Source: Macrostomum hystrix (Eukaryota > Animalia > Platyhelminthes). Taken from it: a DNA stretch of 64,000 bases. The position numbers and the translations under genes were made by a program. Positions 42,820 through 54,000 of the stretch are shown here, one piece after another. The notes beneath the pieces were generated by a model. The model ran no database searches. It was given only the letters and a program-made list of their open reading frames with translations, and was not told the DNA's origin. The stretch spans positions 2,666,001 to 2,730,000 of the forward strand of contig CATNEN010000034.1 in the NCBI GenBank assembly GCA_950097015.1, given 5' to 3'. How positions within the stretch are numbered: position 1 is the first letter of the stretch; every line of letters starts with the position of its first letter.

Positions 42820-45800
42820 ATGCACATAGTCGACTACGTGCTGGTTATTTTAATGTGCCTCGCATCGGTGGGCATTGGAATTTTCACTTCATGCACAGGC
42901 GGTCGTCAAAGGTCCACCAGCGAGTACATGATGGGCAACAGGCAGATGCAACTGCTGCCTGTGGCCATCTCTATTCTGGTTTCATTCTGGTCTGCCATCT
43001 CCTTGCTGGGTGAGTGCTGGTATTGCTGGGTGAGTGCTGGTATTGCTGGGTGAGTGCTGGCATTGCTGGGTGAGTGCTGGCATTGCTGGGTGAGTGCTGG
43101 CATTGCTGGGTGAGTGCTGGCATTGCTGGGTGAGTGCTGGCATTGCTGGGTGAGTGCTGGCATTGCTGGGTGAGTGCTGGCATTGCTGGGTGAGTGCTGG
43201 CATTGCTGGGTGAGTGCTGGCATTGCTGGGTGAGTGCTGGCATTGCTGGGTGAGTGCTGGCATTGCTGGATGAGTGCTGGTATTGCTGGCTGAGTGCTGG
43301 TATTGCTGGGTGAGTGCTGGCATTGCTGGGTGAGTGCTGGTATTGCTGGGTGAGTGCTGGCATTGCTGGGTGAGTGCTGGCATTGAGCCCAGTTGTTGTA
43401 GCCTAGTGTGGTTAGAGCGTCGGACTCACGACTGAAGATCGGGGGTTCGATTCCCGAATCCACTGAACGATTTATATTCTTTAGCATGCACTAACTCTGC
43501 ATTGTTGCAGTTTACCCAGAGGTTAAATGGTTATCAGCATTAGCTGAGGTAATTTAGCGTAGCTGTGGCATCCCCCAGTCCATGGACTGAACAGCAGCTG
43601 TCTGAAATAGCTACGGCTGGGCTGTTGCATGCACGTCTGACCAAGTCATTAGTCATTATTACGAGCGTATTAACAGCTGTCAGGGGAATTCCCCCCTGAC
43701 ATGTTTTGCTGCACCCGAACGGAGTAATGCAAGCACATGAAACTCAAGAACACGGGCCACCTTTTTGTTGCGCATCTTCTGAAACAAGAATCAAGTCGCC
43801 AGCTCTTCAGGCCGTCGAGATATTCAATGGTTCTGGCCGAAGGTCTGATTTTCCCATAAGCGCTAGGGTATTTCATACACCCCTATACACGAATTAACAC
43901 TGCGCCTCAGTGCGGCCTTGCCAGGCCTTCAAAATTGATCAGCATGTCACCCGAATGTGCCTGCATCATCTCCGTCTTCGGTGGTCACCTACTTTTATCC
44001 AGACGGATTTGCTGGACCTTCAAGGGCTACAACAGGTGGAACTAGGCCACTATGGACACCCTGACCGAATTTCTTCTATTTCACTGATCAAGCCTAAATA
44101 TTAGGCGCAGCTCAACCACAGGACACCCTCGCGTAGTCTGTCAACCAATCAGTCACCACCCTACGCGGTTAGCATTCGGGCGCTGCCAATTTTTTTTTCA
44201 GGAGGAATTTACGCTCGTAGAATTGTGTATTAGGTATTCTGCTGTTCCCATTATCTGTTGCAAAAACGTTTCCCATATCTTGCGAGCAATCCTGTCTTCC
44301 GTCCTACACTGATAAAGTGCCAAAACACGCTTAAAAACTGCTTGTATCCCAGCCAAACGCTTTATGTACCCCTGATAATCGGAGTTATTGGAGCCTTGGA
44401 AGGCCTGATAAGGCCTTCCAAATGCCAGGAATCAGTTTTGGAAGGGTACCACAAATACTCGGATTATACAGCCAAAAATATTGCATCACGAGGCTCACAG
44501 CAGTATCTGTATGCGTGTGTGCTCAGGAGTCAGCGAAATGGGCAGAATTGCCACCTCGCTGGCTGCGGGTCTAGTGTCGCCAAATGATGTGCCAATTCCC
44601 ATAGCCCTCCTGTAAATATGATATCAAAATTGTGCGCTACAAACTACAAGCAAAGCTAAATTGCAGTTTAAAGTAGTCTCAGGATGTGTACCCAAAACTC
44701 CACGACATTGCAGGTGGCCCAGCTGAGATTTTCTACTTTGGCAGCTACTTCAACATAACCGCCCTGGGCATCACATTCGCCTGCTTAATTAGCGCCTTGC
44801 TGTTTGTGCCCCTGTTCTATCCGCTCAAGATTACCAGCATATTCGAAGTGAGTATAGGCCTGTGCTGTTCGGTGTTTTCTGCCTCACTTGCTGTTTCCCC
44901 AGTACACTGTGTGTTTCCCCAGTACACTGTGTGTTTCCCCAGTACACTGTGTGTTTCCCCAGTACATTTTGTGTTTCCCCAGTACACTGTGTGTTTCCCC
45001 AGTACACTGTGTGTTTCCCCAGTACACTGTGTGTTTCCCCAGTACACTGTGTGTTTCCCCAGTACACTGTGTGTTTCCCCAGTACATTTTGTGTTTCCCC
45101 AGTACACCGTGTGTTTCCCCAGTACACTGTGTGTTTCCCCAGTACACTGTGTGTTTCCCCAGTACACTGTGTGATTCCCCAGTACACTGTGTGTTTCCCC
45201 AGTACATTTTGTGTTTCCCCAGTACACTGTGTGTTTCCCCAGTACACTGTGTGTTTCCCCAGTACACTGTGTGTTTCCCCAGTACACTGTGTGTTTCCCC
45301 AGTACACTGTGTGTTTCCCCAGTACATTTTGTGTTTCCCCAGTACACCGTGTGTTTCCCCAGTACACTGTGTGTTTCCCCAGTACACTGTGTGTTTCCCC
45401 AGTACACTGTGTGATTCCCCAGTACACTTTGTATTTCCCCAGTACATTTTGTGTTTCCCCAGTACACTGTGTGTTTCCCCAGTACATTTTGTGTTTCCCC
45501 AGTACACTGTGTGTTTCCCCAGTACATTTTGTGTTTCCCCAGTACACTGTGTGTTTCCCCAGTACACTGTGTATTTCCGCAGTACATTTTGTGTTTCCCC
45601 AGTACACTGTGTGTTTCCCCAGTACACTGTGTGTTTCCCCAGTACACTGTGTGTTTCCCCAGTACACTGTGTGTTTCCCCAGTACACTGTGTGTTTCCCC
45701 AGTACACTGTGTGATTCCCCAGTACACTTTGTATTTCCCCAGTACATTTTGTGTTTCCCCAGTACACTGTGTGTTTCCCCAGTACATTTTGTGTTTCCCC

Positions 45801-48800
45801 AGTACACTGTGTGTTTCCCCAGTACATTTTGTGTTTCCCCAGTACACTGTGTGTTTCCCCAGTACACTGTGTATTTCCGCAGTACATTTTGTGTTTCCCC
45901 AGTACACTGTGTGTTTCCCCAGTACACTGTGTGTTTCCCCAGTACACTGTGTGTTTCCCCAGTACACTGTGTGTTTCCCCAGTACACTGTGTGTTTCCCC
46001 AGTGCATTTTGTGTTTCCCCAGTACACTTGTGTGTTTCCCCAGTACACTTGTGTGTTTCCCCAGTACATTTTGTGTTTCCCCAGTACATTTTGTGTTTCC
46101 CCAGTACACTGTGTGTTTCCCCAGTGCATTTTGTGTTTCCCCAGTACACTTGTGTGTTTCCCCAGTACACTTGTGTGTTTCCCCAGTACATTTTGTGTTT
46201 CCCCAGTACACTGTGTGTTTCCCCAGTACACTGTGTGTTCCCCAGTACACTGTGTGTTTCCCCAGTACATTTTGTGTTTCCCCAGTACACTGTGTGTTTC
46301 CCCAGTACACTTGTGTGTTTCCCCAGTACACTTGTGTGTTTCCCCAGTACACTGTGTGTTTCCCCAGTACATTTTGTGTTTCCCCAGTACACTGTGTGTT
46401 TCCCCAGTACACTGTGTGTTTCCCCAGTACATTTTGTGTTTCCCCAGTACACTGTGTGTTTCCCCAGTACACTGTGTGTTTCCCCAGTACACTGTGTGTT
46501 TCCCCAGTACACTGGTTGAATTACCTGTTCACGCGGTGTTGCATCTATCAGATACTCATTATCATTTCAGTACCTGGAGCTCAGATACAAGGCAAAGTTC
46601 ATTCGCTATTGGAGCACTGCTCTTTATGTTCTGACTAGTGTGAGTCGTATTTCTTTAAAAATTAAAAACGACAATACACCAGAGAATAAAGTACTTTTAA
46701 ACCAAAATTTTTCAGATATTGTACCTCGCTGTAGCTCAACTTGCTCCCGCAATGGCGCTTGAAGCAGGTAGATGATGCATAGGACCTATATACTCGTATT
46801 CACAACCGTCCAGAATGACTTTCATGTGTATTTAAGCGATACTAACTAGTTTTTAAAAAACGCCAAAATTTCAGTCATGGGTATTCCTGAATGGGCTGGA
46901 ATTATTATAATCGGCGGTATCTCAATCATTTACACTGCCCTGGTGAGTTCACAAAATAAAAAATACCAATCTAGTTAGTCGATTTAACAATTAATATTTC
47001 AATCGATTTTCTCAGGGCGGAATCAAGGCTGTCATCTGGTCCGATGTGTTCCAATCGGTGTTCATTCTAATAGGATTGGTTGCCGCTGTTTTAAAGGTAA
47101 GCCACCTCAAATTCAAATAGAATCATTACTTTGCTATTTCTCATTGTTTGCTAAATTAAACTGCAGGCAGCAATAGATTCTGGTGGACCAGCAAACGTCA
47201 TCGAGACCAACTTGGCCTGGGGCAGGTTCGACACCTTCAACTGGAGCCCGGATCCCCGAGTCCGACTCACCGTCTGGAGCAGCACCATCGGTGTCATGTT
47301 CACCTGGATTCCGTGCTACGGGCCTAATCAGGCTGCGTTTCAGCGATTCGCCTCTTTGCCGACGTTGGCTAAGGCAAAGTGGTGAGCGGTGAACTTGTTT
47401 AGTGTTCATCCAGCCTTCGGATCTTCCTCCTGTAGTATGTGCTTTATCCTGTAGATAAGTCTTGGTCCGGTAGTTCGGTCTTGATTTTTTAGGTCTTGAT
47501 CCTGCAGTTTTGATCCTGTAGATGAGTCTTGGTCCTGCAGTTGGGTCTTGATCCTATATGAGTCTTGATCCTACAGTTGGGTCTTGATCCTGTTGATAAG
47601 CCTCGATCTTTGAAAATCTAGATAAATATTTATCCGGTACTTAGGCCTTGATCCTGTAGACGAGTCTTTATCCTGTAGATGAGTCTTTATCCTGTAGATG
47701 AGTCTTGGTCCTGCAGTTGGGTCTTGATCCTATATGAGTCTTGATCCTACAGTTGGGTCTTGATCCTGTTGATAAGCCTCGATCTTTGAAAATCTAGATA
47801 AATATTTATCCGGTACTTAGGCCTTGATCCTGTAGACGAGTCTTTATCCTGTATATGAGTCTTTATCCTGTAGTTAGGTCTTAGACTAGCGTGATTGGTC
47901 TTGATTTGCGGTTAGCGCAAACCAAAGCAACTGCACAAAACTGCAGATATTGGCAATCGAGTCACAATCAACTTTCTTTTCAGGTCCATCCTGTTGAACA
48001 TTTTCGGAGTTTTCTTCTTTTTCGCACTGCTAGGCTTTGTTGGATACGCCCTGTTTGCGTTGTACACTCTCAGGGGCTGCGACCCGTTCTCGGATGGTGC
48101 TGTGAAGTCCATCAATCAGGTAAACTTTCTTGGGTAAACATTAAGGGTTCAATGATGTTTTAACTAACGCTTGACCACTTCAGCTGCTGCCACACTACAT
48201 CAAGAACGATTTGAACATACCGTCACTGCCCGGAATAATCATGGCATGCATTCTGAGTGGAGCGTTCAGGTAATTAATTTTACTGATTCCAGCTGCTCAA
48301 TTCAAGTTTATTTAGTATAACTCAGACAAAATGTTTCCGGAACAAAGATGTTCAGAACAAAGCAGTGTTCAGAACGAAGCAGTATTCAGAACGAAGCCGT
48401 ATTCAGAACGAAGCCGTGTTCAGAACGAAGCCATATTCAGAACGAAGCCGTATTCAGAACGAAGCAGTGTTCAGAACGAAGCAGTGTTCAGAACGAAGCA
48501 GTGTTCAGAACGAAGCAGTGCTCAGAACGAAGCAGTGCTCAGAACGAAGCAGTGTTCACAGTGAAGCTGTGTTCAAATTGAAGCTGCATGTGTACACAAA
48601 AAGCAGTTTTCACAGTGAAGCAAGATGAGTCAAGTCTATAGCCACTCAAGTCGCAAATAGAAGTGAAAATGAGATTCCATGAATGAAACTACGCCGCTTA
48701 TTCCAGTACCACCAGCACCCTGCTGAACTCTCAGGCCGCTGTGACGGTCATTGATTTCGTGCAGCCACGATGGCGGCTTTCAGACGCCAGGGCCACCTTG

Positions 48801-50470
48801 GCTACCAAGTGGCTGGGTGAGGACACGTTCCACCTCTTCACCTCTGCTCTTTGATTTTTATTGAGAAATTGATGTGCAATCTGTGTCATTATATAATATG
48901 CCTCCTTTACGAAGGTTTCAAAGTTATTAATATATGGTACAGAATTTCTTCAAGATCGTACAGGAGATTCAAGAACTTTTCAAGCAAACTGCCCCTATAG
49001 CGATAGTTTTCATAGGACATAGGATATAGGAAATTTCTGCCTGATTAGATGCAAGAATGGCTCAGAAGGGGGTGATAGAAGAGGATAGAATAGTACACAG
49101 TGCTATCCATATACCGTGTATATAGGGGAAAATCATTGAGAAGGCGAGTGGTAGTGGTTTAAGCGTTTGCTTCTCGCACCTAAGTCTCTGAGGTTCCGCG
49201 TCGACAGCTGCATAGAGAAGGATTGGTACTTGCCGTGACATTCCCTTGCAAGGCACAAATAGAGTGTGCACTGTCTATAGAGTTACTTGTCTGGGTGTGT
49301 GTGTCTTCAGGAGTCAGCGGAAAGGTTGCGGGTCTACTGTCATAAAATATTATGATGCCTTTCAGTGGTAGCCTACGGCGTAGCAGGCTCGGCGCTGGCC
49401 TATGCCTCCTCCTACATCACCAGCGTACCACTGATGCAAATCTCCGGCTCCTTCATCAGCTCCACCACCGGGGCCACACTGGGCGTATTCCTTCTGGCCG
49501 CCTGCGTGCCTCGAAGCACCTGGCGCGGCGCCTTCGTCGGCTCCGTGGTCTCGCTGGTTCTTGTTGGCTGGATCTGCGCCGGCTCGTTTGCGTTGAAAGG
49601 CGCCAAGCCGCGCCTGCTGCCGCTGGAGACTGGAAATTGTTCCATGGCGCAGTCAGACAACTCGACAGCGGCGCTGGCCCACAACGGCAGCAGTTTTATC
49701 GCTGCTTCACAGCCAATGCAGGGCTTGAATGGCCTGTACAGCATCTCGTTCCAGTGGTACGGAGCCATCGGAGCCCTGTCCTGCTTCCTGGTTGGCCTTC
49801 TGGTCAGCATCCCGAACATGCTTGACCCGAATGCTAGCCTGCCGGAGGCCAAGTACATCATGCCAGCGCTTCGACGATTCCTGGTGCGTTGAACTCGTGG
49901 ATGATTCAGCTTTTGGTTAATTTCAAGGGGCAGAATATTCAGTTCTGAATGATTCTAGTGACAGAGGATTCATTTCTGGATGGTTCTAGTGACAGAGGAT
50001 TCAGTTCTGGATGGTTCTAGTGACAGAGGATTCAGTTCTGGATGATTCTAGTCACAGAGGATTCAGTTCTGGATGGTTCTACTCACAGAGGATTCAGTTC
50101 TGAATGATTCTAGTCACAGATGATTCAGTTCTGAATGATTCTAGTCACAGAGGATTCAGTTCTGAATGATTCTAGTCACAGAGGATTCAGTTCTGGATGA
50201 TTCTAGTCACAGATGATTCAGTTCTGAATGATTCTAGTCACAGAGGATTCAGTTCTGAATGATTCTAGTCACAGAGGATTCAGTTCTGGAACATTTTTAT
50301 AGGCTTGGTGCTGTTATTTGTCCACCTCATCTCTGCAGTGCCAACCTGAAGTATATGAGCCCGTCCCAATGAGTCAGCGGCACGGCTTCAAGAATCCTAA
50401 CAATGCCAGAGCAGAAGATGGTCCTTGGCCAAAGATGGCAGATTTCAAACCAGCTGATTATGATGAATAA
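42820..50470 (+). CDS. SLC5 sodium:solute symporter (SMVT/SMCT/NIS subfamily), paralog A, ~596 aa
   Basis: 12 exons: 42820-43009, 44714-44847, 46571-46639, 46716-46767, 46875-46942, 47016-47096, 47167-47381, 47984-48119, 48184-48269, 48707-48816, 49366-49883, 50339-50470 (1791 nt, in frame). Motifs EYMMGNRQM, PAEIFYFG, YLELRY, GGIKAVIWSDVFQ, NQAAFQRF, GCDP, LPGIIMACILSG, GATLGVFLL, YSISFQWY. Confidence 0.93.
43003..43385 (+). repeat. 20-bp minisatellite whose unit spans the exon-1 donor
   Basis: cattgctgg|gtgagtgctgg x19. Confidence 0.97.
43393..43640 (+). mobile_element. tRNA-derived SINE, family B
   Basis: gtagcctagtgtggttagagc...gggggttcgattccc, actctgcattg.., ccccagtccatggactgaacagc shared with 5201. 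Confidence 0.8.
44500..44615 (+). mobile_element. SINE family A 3' fragment
   Basis: gtgtgctcaggagtcagcgaaatgggcagaattgccacctcgctggctgcgggtctagtg. Confidence 0.75.
44895..46512 (+). repeat. 20-bp minisatellite (~80 copies) in SLC5-A intron 2
   Basis: ctgtgtgtttccccagtaca. Confidence 0.97.
47440..47885. repeat. Degenerate repeat with ~176-bp direct duplication
   Basis: gatgagtcttggtcctgcagttggg... at 47521 and 47697. Confidence 0.8.
48345..48560. repeat. 17-bp minisatellite
   Basis: cagaacgaagcagtgtt. Confidence 0.9.
49143..49345 (+). mobile_element. SINE family A, degenerate
   Basis: gagtggtagtggttt..tttgcttctcgcac..aaggcaca..agagtgtgcactg..caggagtcagcg. Confidence 0.6.
49935..50290. repeat. 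31-bp minisatellite
   Basis: ttcagttctgaatgattctagtcacagagga. Confidence 0.92.
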
Positions 50471-51037
50471 ACGTTTTGTTGACAGATTTTGAGACCATCT
50501 CAATTATTGACCAATGACCATGCCTTTTGGATGAATCCTTATCGATAATAAATCACTGCTATGGATAACGAATCGCTGCTTTAGCCGCATTATTTCACTC
50601 AAAAAATATATCACTAAAAGGCAACATCGACAATCACTTATGTCAATAATCAAGCAGCACCATCGATTGTCAATCACTATCAGTTTTCTATTATCGAATA
50701 GAGACTATTATCAAATATCAATCATTCTAATTGATTACCATCACTAACATCCAACAACATTCACCTGAATCAGTTCTCAATCACGGCCATCGATCTTGAC
50801 GCTTCCTTGACGCTTTGAATTGCGCTTTCCGCGCACAAACTGAAAAATACGCGCAGAAATATAGACTATTATTGGACTATAACTGAGAATCGTTCTCATC
50901 GCGTATTTGATTGGCTCACAAGAAGCTGAGTAGGAAATCATAAGTAGATAAATAGAGACAGCTCAGACAACACGTCATGCCAATTGTCTTTGCCAGTTTT
51001 TTGGAGAAGCGAATACAAAAGGAAAGAAGACTGCCGA

Positions 51038-54000
51038 ATGCATGTCATAGACTACATTCTAATAGTCGCGACCTGCTTGTCGTCTGTGGCGATCGGTGTC
51101 ATCACATCCTGCACTGGCGGCCGCCAGCAGTCCACCAGCGAGTACATGATGGGCAACAGGCAGATGCAACTGCTGCCTGTGGCCATCTCAATTCTGGTTT
51201 CATTCTGGTCTGCCATCGCTTTGTTAGGTGAGGCGAACCGGTTCAATGGTGCTAACCTCCATGTGCTAGCTGCATGAGGTCATGTCCTCCTCTGTGAGGT
51301 CTCCTCTGTCTCATCTCTCCCCTGTCTCATCTCTCCCCTCTCTCATATCTCCCCTGTCTCATCTCTCCACTGTCATATTTCTCCCCTGTCTCATATCTCC
51401 CCCGTCTCATATCTCCCCTATATCATATCTCCCCTGTCTCATCTCTCCCCTGTCTCACATCTCCCCTGTCTCATATCTCCCCCCATCTCATCTCTCCCCT
51501 GTCTCATCTCTCCCCTGTCTCATCTCTCCCCCGTCTCATATCTCCCCTGTCTCACATCTCCCCTGTCTCACATCTCCCCTGTCTCACATCTCCCCTGTCT
51601 CACATCTCCCCTGTCTCATATCTCCCCTGTCTCACATCTCCCCTGTCTCACATCTCCCCTGTCTCACATCTCCCCTGTCTCATATCTCCCCTGTCTCATC
51701 TCTCCCCTGTCTCACATCTCCCCTGTCTCATATCTCCCCCCATCTCATCTCTCCCCTGTCTCATCTCTCCCCTGTCTCATCTCTCCCCCGTCTCATATCT
51801 CCCCTGTCTCACATCTCCCCTGTCTCACATCTCCCCTGTCTCACATCTCCCCTGTCTCACATCTCCCCTGTCTCATATCTCCCCTGTCTCACATCTCCCC
51901 TGTCTCATCTCTCCCGTCTCAGCTGCCCCTGTCTCATCTCTCCCCCGTCTCATATCTCCCCTGTCTCACATCTCCCCTGTCTCACATCTCCCCTGTCTCA
52001 CATCTCCCCTGTCTCATCTCTCCCGTCTCAGCTGTCCCTGTCTCACATCTCCCCTGTCTCATATCTCCCCTGTCTCATATCTCCCCTGTGTCATCTCTCC
52101 ACGTCATATTTCTCCACTGTCTCACATCTCCCCTGTCTCATCTCTCCCTTCTCAGCTGTCCCTGTCTCACATCTCCCCTGTCTCATCTCTCCCCTATCTC
52201 ATTTCTCCCCGACCCCTGCTCCCCTCCGCAACATTCAGGCTCTCCGGCGGAGATATTCTACTTCGGCAGCTACTTCATTCTGACGTCCATTGGCATATCG
52301 CTGGCCTGCTTGGTCTCCGCGTTCGCCTTTGTTCCACTGTTCTATCCGCTGAGGATTCGCAGCGTGTTCGAGGTCAGAGAAGTACAGATTATGTCCCTAG
52401 ATTGAGATAGAAAGCCGCAAAATCCAAGCCTATGTGAGGGGCAATCCAACCAATTAGATTGTGCGGCGATCGAACCAATTAGATTGTCCGGCAATCCAAC
52501 CAATTAGATTGTGCGGCGATCGAACCAATTAGATTGTCCGGCAATCCAACCAATTAGATTGTCCGGCAATCCAACCAATTAGATTGTGCGGCGATCGAAC
52601 CAATTAGATTGTCCGGCAATTCAACCAATTAGATTGTGCGGCAATCCAACCAATTAGATTGTGCGGCAATCCAACCAATTACATAATGCGCCAATCCAAC
52701 CAATTATATTATGCACCAGTTTAACCAATTAGATTATGCAACAATCCAGCCAATTAGATTATGCGACAATCCAGCCAATTAGATTATGCGACAATCCAGC
52801 CAATTAGATTATGCGACAATCCAGCCAATTAGATTTTAGGTCATTTCTAGCAAACCTCTAATTGAATCATTTCAGTACCTGGAGCTGAGGTATCGCACAA
52901 GGGTGATGCGATATTGGAGTGCAACCCTCTATGTGATCACCTTTGTGAGTTTTTATTGGCGCTTAAAATTGAAATACACACATAACTATTATAAGCAGTG
53001 GCGGCGCAGGGGGGGCGGGGGGGTGGGCTGCCCCCGGGTGACCACCCCTCACCACCCTCAGGGGGTGACCACCCACTTAAAAAAAATTGGTACTTTACCA
53101 TATTTTTTCTAAAGTGTGGTCACCCCATGGGGCATGGGGGTGGTCACCTGAGACCTTTTTTTGATATTTTGATTTTTTTAATTATTTTTTCTGGGGGTGA
53201 CCACCCAGCCGGGGGCGTGACCGCCCAACCACCGCCCCCCCAGCTGGAGGTCCTGCGCCGCCACTGATTATAAGTGAAACATACATAAATAAATGTCTGT
53301 AAATCTCTGTGAAACAATGAATTTCAGATTCTATACCTGGCGGTGGCTCAATTGGCACCGGCCATCGCATTAGATGCCGGTAATAAAAAATAAAAATGAT
53401 AATGATATCAAGTTATCGCAAGTTAATAATAAACTGCGTGTCATAAATTTTAAATCAAACAAGAAACTTTGAAAAATAAATTTGCATTTCAACTTCTCTT
53501 TCGCAGTCATGAGCATTCCTGTTTGGATCAGTATACTACTCATCGGAGCGATTTCAGTAGTGTACACAGCGATTGTAAGACTAATGAGGTTACACAAGTA
53601 GTTTTGCATTGATGCTGAAATCATTTTCATTTAAATTTCAGGGTGGTATCAAAGCAGTGATTTGGACTGACGTCTTTCAGTCGGTATTTATTCTTCTTGG
53701 CCTAATAGCCATGATTGCTAAGGTAGTTTTGTACCTGTTGATCCATGTTTGTGTTGACAAGTGGACAGAAAGTATATGCACATATGCTAGTGAGGATCTA
53801 GCTTTGTTTTACAGCAGCTAGGTATGTTAGACAGCAGCTAGGTATGTTTTACAGCAGCTAGGTATGTTAGATAGCAGCTAGGTATGTTAGACAGCTGCTA
53901 GGTATGTTAGACAGCAGCTAGGTATGTTAGACAGCAGCTAGGTATGTTAGACAGCAGCTAGGTATGTTAGACAGCTGCTAGGTATGTTAGACAGAAGTTA

